Position numbers and translations under genes: made by a program. A stretch of 64,000 nt of DNA from an uncultured Chlamydiae bacterium (GTDB taxonomy: Bacteria > Chlamydiota > Chlamydiia > Chlamydiales > SM23-39), in assembly GCA_963828125.1 (NCBI GenBank), contig CAWHDP010000002.1, positions 843,619-907,618 on the forward strand. The letters are read 5' to 3'. The notes under the pieces were generated by a model. That model was not told the origin of the DNA. It searched no databases and saw nothing but the letters and a program-made list of their open reading frames with translations. Positions within the stretch are counted from its first letter, which is position 1. Every line of letters starts with the position of its first letter. This document shows, piece by piece, positions 36,122 through 44,623 of this stretch.

Positions 36122-36360
36122 CAAAAATATTAAATTATCCTTTGCATCATGCCGCTTGCGATCATGCATATTCTGTTCCTTGTATTGGTTATCAGACAAT
36201 TGCAACTAAAGTTAATATCATGTTAAGAATGAGGAGATAGACTCATATATAGATTCCTAATTTTTATTTACACAACCCATTAGCCATATTTTTTTAATCT
36301 GGGATGATCTCAAACGAATGCCATAAAATTTTTGTTCAGAACACATTGCAAAATATCCGA

Positions 36361-36387
36361 CCCTCTTTTATGAAAAAGAGGGTATGA
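36361..36387 (+). promoter_or_regulatory. RBS-sequestering hairpin plus 5-codon upstream ORF overlapping the start of the 36384 gene
   Basis: ccctctttt (36361-36369), loop atga, aaaagaggg (36374-36382) form a perfect 9-bp stem. The right arm contains the only SD-like GAGG for the ATG at 36384. The loop ATG (36370) opens MKKRV-stop, whose TGA (36385-36387) overlaps that ATG. Confidence 0.4.
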
Positions 36388-37031
36388 AACTCATCTCATT
36401 TTACACAAAAAACACCATCTACGAAAAAGAAATTGAGGATCTGGCCGCCTCATGCCAGACCCTTGGTATCGACCACTACATCGAGGCGAGGGAAGATTTA
36501 GGCTCCTGGGAAACAAACTGCAGCCAAAAACCTTTATTCATCTACGAATGCCTTCAGAGATTCAACGAGCCGCTCCTTTGGGTCGACGCCGACGGGATTG
36601 CCTTCCAAAAACCGCAACTCCATCTCGGGGAGTGCGATCTCGGACTCTATTTCAATAACAAAAACACCCTCCACGCAAGAAATGCGACCATTTATGTCTC
36701 TCCCACAGAAAACGCCAAAGCGTTCCTTCAGCTTTGGTATGAAACTTTGCTGACCCTCAATGCCCGTCCGAACAGAAGACTCACTCCCGATCAACCAGTC
36801 ATGATCTCTCTGATCAGAAAAAAGACAATCCCTCTCAAAATCGGAGAGCTGCCGCTCGCTTATATGCAGATCTTCGATAGAGATAAAGTACCCCTGGATC
36901 AAACAGTCATCCTCCATTTCCAAGCCTCCCGAACAGCCAGAATGGCTCCCCTTTTTTGGCAACAGCTCACGGGACGCGAGCTCAAAGCGATGCGGCTCGC
37001 CGTTTCGAGATTGAAAAATGTCGAGAAGTAG
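36384..37031 (+). CDS. Small putative nucleotide-sugar glycosyltransferase (GT-A-like, DxD motif)
   Basis: 215 aa. LLWVDADGIAF has a DxD motif after a beta-strand. The N-terminal MKLISFYT... alternation is Rossmann-like. I could not see a clear family assignment. Confidence 0.4.
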   Translation: MKLISFYTKNTIYEKEIEDLAASCQTLGIDHYIEAREDLGSWETNCSQKPLFIYECLQRFNEPLLWVDADGIAFQKPQLHLGECDLGLYFNNKNTLHARNATIYVSPTENAKAFLQLWYETLLTLNARPNRRLTPDQPVMISLIRKKTIPLKIGELPLAYMQIFDRDKVPLDQTVILHFQASRTARMAPLFWQQLTGRELKAMRLAVSRLKNVEK

Positions 37032-37054
37032 CGTAACCTCTTCTTGAGGCGATC

Positions 37055-38251
37055 ATGCGTAGAGCGATGGAACTTTTAAAACACCGGGGAGTCCAAGTCC
37101 TCCTCGTTATCATCCTGTACCTATTTCTTGAAAGTCACCTTCCGTCGGCCACGCACCGCGGTCTTTATTCAATCAGCCTGTTCATTAAAGACCTTCTCCT
37201 TTGGATTCTTCCCGTCACCGTCGGGCTCTTTATCGCCCAAACGATCGCCTCATTTCACCGAAAAGCGCCCCTCTTCATCGGCGCACTGATCCTCTTCGAG
37301 GCGCTCTCGAATTTGAGCAGCGTCTGGTACGCCTACTTTGCAGGCCATATCGCCGCCGGCTACCTCCCCCCCATCCACCTCTCTTCTAACCCTATCGAAT
37401 GGACCGCCCTCTGGCGCCTTCCCCTGGTCAAACCGCCATGGTGGTCCGCAGACAAGGGAACCCTCGCCGGCCTTTTGCTCGGCTGCATCGCCGTCTTTAG
37501 TAAAAACGAGACCTTAAAAACTTGGCTTCACCGATCCAAAGAGAGGGCCCAGTGGGTTCTCACCCGTATCTTCTCCCGCCTCATTCCCCTCTTTGTCCTC
37601 GGCTTTGTGGCCCGCATGCACCAGACCCACCTCCTCGGACAGGTCTTTGCCCACTATGGGGTCTTGATGCTTTGGCTCCTCCTCTTTTTGGGCCTCTATC
37701 TCCTCTTGTTGTTCTGGCTTGCAAGCAACGGCCATTTAAAAAATCTCGGACAAAACATTACAAATCTCCTCCCCGCCGGCGGCATCGCCTTTACCTCCTG
37801 CTGCGGCCTCTCCACCATGCCCTGGACGATCGAGGGCGCCTCGAAAAACCTACAAAACCCCTCATTTGCCAAGGCGATCATCCCAGCTACCACCAACATC
37901 CAACAAATCGGGGATTGCATCATCAACACATTTTTGTGTTTTCTGATCTACACCCATTTTTTTGGCCACGCTCCAAGTTTTCTCACGTGGATCCATTTCA
38001 CCCTCATTTTCGTCTTAGCCCGGTTTGCAACCGCAGCCGTCATCGGAGGCGCCATCTTCATTATGCTCCCCATTTATGAGAGTTATCTCGGCTTCACCGC
38101 CGAAATGATCGCGATCATTCTCGCCTTCAATGTCATTCTCGACCCGCTCGTCACGAGCTGCAATGTGCTTGCGAACGGCGCCCTTTGCCGTGTTTTTGAA
38201 AAAGTTTGGATCGGACTCAACGCCGTCCTCGCACCGAATAAGATAAAATAA
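37055..38251 (+). CDS. Dicarboxylate/amino acid:cation symporter (DAACS/SDF) family transporter
   Basis: Polytopic membrane protein. It shows family-like motifs CCGLSTMPWT (cf. SSSAATLP), PATTNIQQIGD (cf. GATINMDG) and LDPLVTSCNVLANGA (cf. DRxRTxxNVxGD). Confidence 0.65.
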   Translation: MRRAMELLKHRGVQVLLVIILYLFLESHLPSATHRGLYSISLFIKDLLLWILPVTVGLFIAQTIASFHRKAPLFIGALILFEALSNLSSVWYAYFAGHIAAGYLPPIHLSSNPIEWTALWRLPLVKPPWWSADKGTLAGLLLGCIAVFSKNETLKTWLHRSKERAQWVLTRIFSRLIPLFVLGFVARMHQTHLLGQVFAHYGVLMLWLLLFLGLYLLLLFWLASNGHLKNLGQNITNLLPAGGIAFTSCCGLSTMPWTIEGASKNLQNPSFAKAIIPATTNIQQIGDCIINTFLCFLIYTHFFGHAPSFLTWIHFTLIFVLARFATAAVIGGAIFIMLPIYESYLGFTAEMIAIILAFNVILDPLVTSCNVLANGALCRVFEKVWIGLNAVLAPNKIK

Positions 38252-38292
38252 GTTCTTGCAAAAATGAGCTGGCATTTGGCATACTCCCCTCC

Positions 38293-39969
38293 ATGATGAA
38301 CACATTTCTCCGTCTTGAGCGCTCTCTGCTTCCCCCTCCAGAGACAGTGATCTGGAAAGAGGGGGCGTTAACAATCAAGCGGTATTCGCTCTGCCGTAAA
38401 GTGGCTTACTGCGTTAAGAATTTTTTTACTTTTTTAGCCCTTCTCATCCTCTCCCCTTTGACGCTCGCCTATGATTGGCTCACACACAAAAAGATCAAAG
38501 TCGTCCGTAAGACCCCCGATTTCGTCCCACCCCCTTCTTGGCCCCCTGAACAGCACGGAGTGGCCACATCGATGTTCCAAACGACGGGGATGGGAACCGA
38601 CTTTGCTGCAGGGCCCAAACTCGACGGGAAATGCGACTGGAATCAGCACATGCAAGACCCAGCGAACATCGTCCACCCCGAAGGGTTCGACTATAAAGAT
38701 TTTTTTACAGACATCCTCTCCAATCCTGCACCCTATATCAAAATGCTCAAGGCTCACAATGCCACTGCCCACCGCTTTTCGCTAGAGTGGTCTGTCATTG
38801 AGCCAAGGCCCGGCGAAATCGATATGAAGGCAGTCGAGCTCTACCGAGAGTTCATTCAAAAGCTCCAAAAGGAGGGAATTACCCCCTCTGTCACCCTCAG
38901 CCACTTTGTCCTCCCCGCGTGGTTCCACGAATCTGGGGGATTCCAGAAGATGGAGAATGTGGATCGCTACGTCCAATTTGCCCTCAGAGCGATGGAACTC
39001 TTCCCAAGCGTCGATCACTGGTGGTCGTTCAATGAACTAGGAGTCAAAGCCTTCCAGCAGTGCCGCGAGGTCTACCCGACCAACGTTCCCAAAGGGAGCT
39101 GGCTTCCCACCCGCGTCCATGCCGCTGGGATCGGGACACGCAACATGCTGATCGCCCATTGCCACCTCCATAAGGCCGTCTCCGAGCGCTATCCAAAAAA
39201 AATACTCGGAGTCACTCACCAATGGCTACAATTCGATACAGCCTCGGGCAACTGGCTGGAAAGGTTCTTCGCCTACCTCTTTGAAAAATTCGGCTTTACC
39301 CCCGTCTACCAGTTTTTCAAAGACGGCCGTTACTCCTTCGAGTTCCCCTTCATGGCGAACATCCAATTTGAGATCGCTAAAGAAGAGTTCGAGGCCAACA
39401 GCGGCTTTCTGCGGGAGCTTGGCGTCCAAGCCTATCCGAAGGTGATGATGAAGATGGGCTTTAATCACGGGAAGACCTATCCAGGCGGCGCCTCCGCGCA
39501 ACATGTCGGCCCCTTCGTCTTTGGAGCCTCTTGCGAACCCGGGGGGACTGTGATGCGATTCGGCCCCCGTTGGAAAGCTGAACGGATCGATGAAATTCTC
39601 GATGAGGCGTTTGCCCTAACGCCCAACGTCTCGATCACCGAATATGGCTCCGACGCAATGGTTCATCATTGGGAGGAGCCAGGATTTAGACAAGATGATG
39701 TGGCTCAAGGGCAGTATCTACAGCAGCTGACCGAAAGAATTAGGGACTATTGCGCGAGAACGGGCCGGAAACTCGGCGCCCTTTTTTGTTGGAGCGATCT
39801 GCGCCGCCAGCTCGAATGGGAAAACGGCCATGCCTGCAAATTGGGAATCATCGACCCAGTTGTCGACAAAGACCGGAAGATGACCGGCTGGACGTCGACC
39901 CCTGCCTCGAAATACCTCACGGCGGCCTTTGACCCGCGTCAACAGGAGCAGCCCATTTTGATTGCCTGA
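38293..39969 (+). CDS. Glycoside hydrolase family 1-like enzyme with N-terminal transmembrane anchor
   Basis: HRFSLEWSVIEP (cf. YRFSISWSRI), WWSFNELG (acid/base Glu in an NE motif) and ITEYGS (nucleophile Glu, cf. ITENG). N-terminal TM NFFTFLALLILSPLTLAY. Confidence 0.75.
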   Translation: MMNTFLRLERSLLPPPETVIWKEGALTIKRYSLCRKVAYCVKNFFTFLALLILSPLTLAYDWLTHKKIKVVRKTPDFVPPPSWPPEQHGVATSMFQTTGMGTDFAAGPKLDGKCDWNQHMQDPANIVHPEGFDYKDFFTDILSNPAPYIKMLKAHNATAHRFSLEWSVIEPRPGEIDMKAVELYREFIQKLQKEGITPSVTLSHFVLPAWFHESGGFQKMENVDRYVQFALRAMELFPSVDHWWSFNELGVKAFQQCREVYPTNVPKGSWLPTRVHAAGIGTRNMLIAHCHLHKAVSERYPKKILGVTHQWLQFDTASGNWLERFFAYLFEKFGFTPVYQFFKDGRYSFEFPFMANIQFEIAKEEFEANSGFLRELGVQAYPKVMMKMGFNHGKTYPGGASAQHVGPFVFGASCEPGGTVMRFGPRWKAERIDEILDEAFALTPNVSITEYGSDAMVHHWEEPGFRQDDVAQGQYLQQLTERIRDYCARTGRKLGALFCWSDLRRQLEWENGHACKLGIIDPVVDKDRKMTGWTSTPASKYLTAAFDPRQQEQPILIA

Positions 39970-40000
39970 TTTTAGACGATCCGGTAGAACGGGATTGTAA

Positions 40001-40795
40001 ATGGCCATCAATCCAGGTTTCCTCTCGCTCCTGATTCTCGCCGCGATCCACCTGTTTGCCAACCGCCCGAAAATCCTCGGTTGGGTCTGGCGGGGAGAAT
40101 TTCTCTCTTTTGCCTCAGGGATTTCCCTCGCCTACGTATTTGTCGATCTCCTCCCCGCCATGGAGAAAGGCGAGCCGGTTTTAAAGCGCACCTTTGACAA
40201 CCTCCTCCCCTTTCTCGAACTGCACACCTATCTGATCGCCCTCATCGGCATCCTCTTTTATTATGGAATTGAATCGCGCACATCGCCAGGCAAACACCGA
40301 TGGCTCCGCATCAGTGGCTATCTCCTCTTTAATTTTTTGATCGGAGCCAGTTTAACAGACAGCTCAAATCCAGAGATCCAACCGCTTGCGCTCTTCACAA
40401 TCGCCATCGGACTCCACTATTTCATCCGGGATCACCTCGCAAAAATCTCTCAAAATAGATCTGTCCTCATTTGCCTCATCTCCATCCTCTTTGCCGGTTA
40501 CATCATCGGTTATTTCGCTAAAATCCCCGATACAGCTGTTGCGATCGGGATCTCATTCGTCGCCGGCGGCATTTTGCTCAACATCTTCCAATATGAATTG
40601 CCCAAAAAAGAAAAAAGCGGTTACCTCTGGTTTGTTTTGGGAGCTCTCCTCTACACTTCGATTCTGCTCGGACTAGGCGAAGTGAAATTGAAGAGGGTTG
40701 CAGCCGTTTGGGTTTTTCCGTCCATTCCAACAAGAAATGGCCAAAGTCCAGTTACAACTTGCAGACATCCCGAGAAAAGCACTATTATTCTCCCC
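40001..40795 (+). CDS. Polytopic membrane protein, remote ZIP/ZupT-like architecture; no stop codon before mnmA (same ORF)
   Basis: About 7-8 TM segments. GISLAYVFVDLLPAMEKG, IAIGLHYFIRDH and SFVAGGILLNIFQYELPKKE parallel ZupT segments by eye (weak). The frame continues through 40690-40795 into the mnmA ATG at 40796. Confidence 0.45.
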
Positions 40796-41824
40796 ATGAA
40801 AACGGTAGTTATTGGGATGTCTGGGGGCGTAGATTCATCTGTATCGGCCCTCCTATTAAAAAATTTGGGTTACAACGTCATTGGCCTCTTTATGAAGAAT
40901 TGGGAAGAGGAGGGCCCCTGTCGAGCTACCCAGGAGTTCGAGGACGTCGTCCGGGTCTGCCAGCAGCTTCAAATTCCCTATTATAGCGTCAATTTCATCG
41001 AAGAATACCGCGAATCGGTCTTTGCCCAGTTTCTTGCTGACTACAAAGCGGGCCTCACCCCCAATCCAGACGTCCTTTGTAACCGCGAGATCAAATTCAA
41101 GGTTTTCCTTGAAAAAGCCTTGGCGCTCGGCGCCGATTTTCTAGCGACAGGCCATTACTGCAGGCTCGATGCCGAGGGGCGCCTCCTTAGAGGGAGCGAT
41201 CCCGACAAAGACCAGAGTTATTTTTTGCATGCCGTCAAACGGGAGGCCTTTCGGCAGGTTCTATTCCCGATCGGCCATCTGCATAAAAAAGCGGTGAGGG
41301 CCCTTGCCCGCGAATATCACCTTCCCACAGCAGAAAAAAAAGACAGTACCGGTATCTGTTTCATAGGGAAGCGCGACTTCAAACCATTTCTCTCTCAGTT
41401 CATCGACACTCAACCGGGTCCCTTCCAAACCCTCAGCGGCCAAATCGTCGGCGAGCATGACGGCGCCGCCTTTTATACTCTCGGGCAACGAAAAGGGATG
41501 GGCCTCGGCGGCGAGGGGGATGCTTGGTATGTCGTCGGGAAAAATTTGGCCCGCAATATCGTCTTCGTCGAACGGGGCGCCAACCATCCAGCCCTCTTTT
41601 CCAAAGAACTCCAGATCCGCGAACCCGCCTGGGTAGACGTCGGGCCCAGCACCTACCCATTCAGATGTACAGCGAAGATCCGCTATCGGCAGCACGATAC
41701 CCCCTGCATCCTCCACCCCTGCGGCAAGGTCGTCTTTGACGAGCCTCAAAGGGCCGCCACCCCTGGCCAATCGGTCGTCTTCTACGATGGAGATCTCTGC
41801 CTTGGCGGCGCCGTTATTGCGTAA
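40796..41824 (+). CDS. mnmA: tRNA-specific 2-thiouridylase MnmA
   Basis: It begins MKTVVIGMSGGVDSSV (PP-loop SGGxDS). Also present are NPDVLCNREIKF, ATGHYCR and DQSYFL. The length from this ATG (342 aa) is typical for the family. Confidence 0.92.
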   Translation: MKTVVIGMSGGVDSSVSALLLKNLGYNVIGLFMKNWEEEGPCRATQEFEDVVRVCQQLQIPYYSVNFIEEYRESVFAQFLADYKAGLTPNPDVLCNREIKFKVFLEKALALGADFLATGHYCRLDAEGRLLRGSDPDKDQSYFLHAVKREAFRQVLFPIGHLHKKAVRALAREYHLPTAEKKDSTGICFIGKRDFKPFLSQFIDTQPGPFQTLSGQIVGEHDGAAFYTLGQRKGMGLGGEGDAWYVVGKNLARNIVFVERGANHPALFSKELQIREPAWVDVGPSTYPFRCTAKIRYRQHDTPCILHPCGKVVFDEPQRAATPGQSVVFYDGDLCLGGAVIA

Positions 41825-41846
41825 AAGTTCAGCCCTACTTTTTACA

Positions 41847-42431
41847 TTAAAAGCTCCGACGCAGTCGGAGTTTTGCAATCGGCTCTCGAGTTTTATCAAA
41901 TTCCTGAATCAGGGTCTCGAGTTTCCGCTTGGAGACGACAGAGCGATCCATTTGGGTCACCTCTTTCGTTGAGGCGTATCGATCCTTTTTTTTGATGAGG
42001 AGCCACTGTTTGCCCCGAAAATTGACCAACATAAAGCTCCCCCTCAACTTCTTCCCGGACAAAGTGAGATGGAGCGCCCCTTTCTTCTCCTCGTCAATTG
42101 TATAGGTTCCTTCATCCCAAATAATCACCGCCCCAGCTCCGTACCCTTTTGGGATGATCCCTTCGAAATCTTTGTACTCATAAGGGTGGTCTTCTACTTG
42201 CACCGCGAGCCGCTTTTCCGCCGGATTCATCGAGGGACCCTTCGGAATAGCCCAGCTCTTCAACACCCCGTCCCTCTCCAACCTAAAATCGTAGTGTAGG
42301 CGGGTTGCGGCATGTTTTTGGACGACAAAATGCAACACAGACGCCTCCCCTTTACGCACTTTCGCCGCCGGCTCTTTAGAAATTTTAAGATCTCTTTTTT
42401 TTCTGTACGTTTTAAGGGAGGCTCTCTTCAT
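41847..42431 (-). CDS. Stand-alone DNA ligase D 3'-phosphoesterase (PE) domain protein
   Basis: [36 protein letters not shown]...[20 protein letters not shown] matches the LigD PE-domain signature. 194 aa. No ligase, polymerase or Ku gene is adjacent. Confidence 0.85.
   Translation of the reverse strand: MKRASLKTYRKKRDLKISKEPAAKVRKGEASVLHFVVQKHAATRLHYDFRLERDGVLKSWAIPKGPSMNPAEKRLAVQVEDHPYEYKDFEGIIPKGYGAGAVIIWDEGTYTIDEEKKGALHLTLSGKKLRGSFMLVNFRGKQWLLIKKKDRYASTKEVTQMDRSVVSKRKLETLIQEFDKTREPIAKLRLRRSF
41851..41874. terminator. Bidirectional intrinsic-terminator-like hairpin between mnmA and the LigD-PE gene
   Basis: aaag-ctccgac-gca-gtcggag-tttt: a 7-bp GC-rich stem flanked by an A-tract and a T-tract. 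It lies 27 nt after the mnmA stop and within the last codons of the minus-strand gene. Confidence 0.5.
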
Positions 42432-42494
42432 CGTTTTTCTGATAACACAAAATGACTTAATTTGACAAATTGATTTTTAATTGCTATACCGAAA

Positions 42495-43727
42495 ATGATG
42501 TTTAAATCCACGCAGCACTACCGCACCTTTCTCACCATTCTGATGACCTATACCCTTGACTTGGTCGGGTTTTCGATCGTCTTTCCGGTTCTGGCCCCCC
42601 TCCTCCTCGATCCCCAGCTCTATTTTTTCTCTCCTGATACAATCGAATCTGTGAGAACCACTGTTTTGGGACTCCTCTTTGCCGTTTTCGGCTTGGCGCA
42701 ATTTTTCGGAGCTCCGGCAGCAGGCGCCCTCGCCGACCATTACGGCAGATACAAAATCTTTCTCGGCAGTATCGCCGTCAGCGTCTTCGGATATGTTTTA
42801 ATGGCCTTGAGCATCTATTTCAACAGCCTCGCTTGGCTATTTGCCGGCCGTATCATCACCGGTTGCTGTTCTGGCAATTTCTCGCTTGCCCAATCGGCTA
42901 CAGCCGATTTGACCGATGAGCGCCACCGGAGCAAAGCGTTTGGGACTCTCTTCAGTGTCGGCGGCCTCGGATTTGTCATCGGTCCCTGGATCGGAGGCAA
43001 GCTCGCCAATCCCGATTGGCTCTCCGGTTCAGGGGCGTTCATTTTCGCCGCGATCGCCGCTTTCATCAACTTACTCGTGGTGTTCTTTTTCTATGTTGAA
43101 AGTTGGACGAGGAAAGAGGGCCATGGCGATACAAGCCTGTTTCGGACATTCAAAGACCTCCGCCTGGTCTTCCATCAAAAAATCTTGCGCAGTGTCCTCA
43201 CTGCCTATCTCCTCTTTTCCATTGGCTGGGCTTTTTTCCTCATCTTCTCGCCCACCTATCTCGTGCAAAAATTCGGATTGGGTTCTGATAAAATCGGCGA
43301 TATTTATGCCTATATGTCGCTTATCTGGTTCTTTGTTTCTATGTTCTTGAATAAAGAACTCTCGGCGAAATTCTCTCCTCGCCATTTAATCCTTGTCGGC
43401 TCAGTGATCTCATCGATCGGAGTCGCCTTCTTCGTCTGGCCAGCTACCCTGTGGCCTTACTGGATCATCATTCCGGTCGCTCTGACTGGAGGCGCCCTCG
43501 CTTGGATCAATTTAGGGGCCATTTTATCTCTGAAATCATCCGCAGAGATGCAAGGAAGAGCTTTGGGCGCGGGGGGATCGATGTGGTCTATAGGGCAGAT
43601 CGTCGCCCCCATTGCAGCGGGACCTCTCGCCGGCTGGAATATCTACGCCCCCCTACTGGTGGGCGCCTTGATCATCTTAGCCTCATTCATTTACTATAAA
43701 CTATCCCAAAATAATCGGGAGTCATGA
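42495..43727 (+). CDS. Major facilitator superfamily transporter (drug:H+ antiporter-like)
   Basis: 12 predicted TM segments. MFS motif A-like GALADHYGRYK lies between TM2 and TM3, and motif C-like GPWIGG is present. Confidence 0.85.
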   Translation: MMFKSTQHYRTFLTILMTYTLDLVGFSIVFPVLAPLLLDPQLYFFSPDTIESVRTTVLGLLFAVFGLAQFFGAPAAGALADHYGRYKIFLGSIAVSVFGYVLMALSIYFNSLAWLFAGRIITGCCSGNFSLAQSATADLTDERHRSKAFGTLFSVGGLGFVIGPWIGGKLANPDWLSGSGAFIFAAIAAFINLLVVFFFYVESWTRKEGHGDTSLFRTFKDLRLVFHQKILRSVLTAYLLFSIGWAFFLIFSPTYLVQKFGLGSDKIGDIYAYMSLIWFFVSMFLNKELSAKFSPRHLILVGSVISSIGVAFFVWPATLWPYWIIIPVALTGGALAWINLGAILSLKSSAEMQGRALGAGGSMWSIGQIVAPIAAGPLAGWNIYAPLLVGALIILASFIYYKLSQNNRES

Positions 43728-44042
43728 GCCTAAATTGTATCTCAGATTGTCCATAATCCAGATCGAACCCAACACAATAATAACCAGGACAAGCAGCATA
43801 AATAGAAAGATCGTCAAATTCCAGCGGGGCCTTGCCTCTTTTCCTAAGTGAAGGAAAAAGACGAGCTGGACAAACACCTGGATCAAACAAAATGTGAAGA
43901 TGGCGCCGATCAGAACCCAGCCGGTGAGTAGATGGTTCGTTACAGAAAAATAGGAGGCGAGGGTTAAGACGATCGATAAAAGGAATCCAATCGCGTAGGT
44001 TTTAAAACTCCCCTGTTCCTGTTTTGCGGCGTTGCCGTTCAT
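43722..44042 (-). CDS. cyoD: Cytochrome o (bo3-type) ubiquinol oxidase subunit IV
   Basis: The start ATG at 44042 forms an ATGA overlap with the cyoC stop, giving 106 aa and 3 TM, the same size as CyoD. The ORF-track start at 44120 would overlap cyoC by 82 nt. Confidence 0.8.
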   Translation of the reverse strand: MNGNAAKQEQGSFKTYAIGFLLSIVLTLASYFSVTNHLLTGWVLIGAIFTFCLIQVFVQLVFFLHLGKEARPRWNLTIFLFMLLVLVIIVLGSIWIMDNLRYNLGS

Positions 44043-44623
44043 AAAGCCCCCATGAGATACACAACCGTAAAGATAAAAACCCACACAACGTCGAGAAAGT
44101 GCCAAAACAACCGAAGGCACTTAAGTCTTTTTAAGCTCACGCGGGTAATCCCTTCGCGGATCACCGGTACGAGGAGGATGATCGTCCATATGAGGCCGGT
44201 CGTGATATGGAGTCCATGCGTCCCCACAAGGGTGAAAAACCCAGATAAAAAGCCGCTTCTTCGCCAACTATTCCCTTGCTGCACGAGCTGAGTGAACTCA
44301 GTCAATTCCAATACCAAGAAGGAGACGCCTAACAAAAAGGTCACAGCAAAAGCGGCAAGCAATTTATTTTTGTCATTGCGCTGGGCGGCCAGATTCGCCA
44401 TCGCGCAGGTGAAGCTGCTAGTGAGGAGGACGATTGTTTCAGCAAGGGCATGGGGAAGGCTAAAGAGCTCTTTGCCAGAGGGGCCGCCGTTAGTATTGTG
44501 CTGCAGCACGACGTAGATCGCAAAGAGAGTTCCGAACAAAAGGCAATCGGTCATGATATAGACCCAAAACCCAAAGATCGTCTTTTCCTCTATTTCTCGT
44601 TCGATCTCTAACGGGAGCGCCAT
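44039..44623 (-). CDS. cyoC: Cytochrome o ubiquinol oxidase subunit III
   Basis: 194 aa with 5 TM. GFWVYIMTDCLLF and HGLHITTGLIW are typical of heme-copper oxidase subunit III. Confidence 0.9.
   Translation of the reverse strand: MALPLEIEREIEEKTIFGFWVYIMTDCLLFGTLFAIYVVLQHNTNGGPSGKELFSLPHALAETIVLLTSSFTCAMANLAAQRNDKNKLLAAFAVTFLLGVSFLVLELTEFTQLVQQGNSWRRSGFLSGFFTLVGTHGLHITTGLIWTIILLVPVIREGITRVSLKRLKCLRLFWHFLDVVWVFIFTVVYLMGAL

Noticed and set aside
36022-36240. 72-aa ORF in the A/T-rich EEP-DxD spacer
   Set aside because: It has no SD and an odd composition rich in His, Cys and Ile. It runs through the nested hairpins. I treat the region as non-coding or structured.
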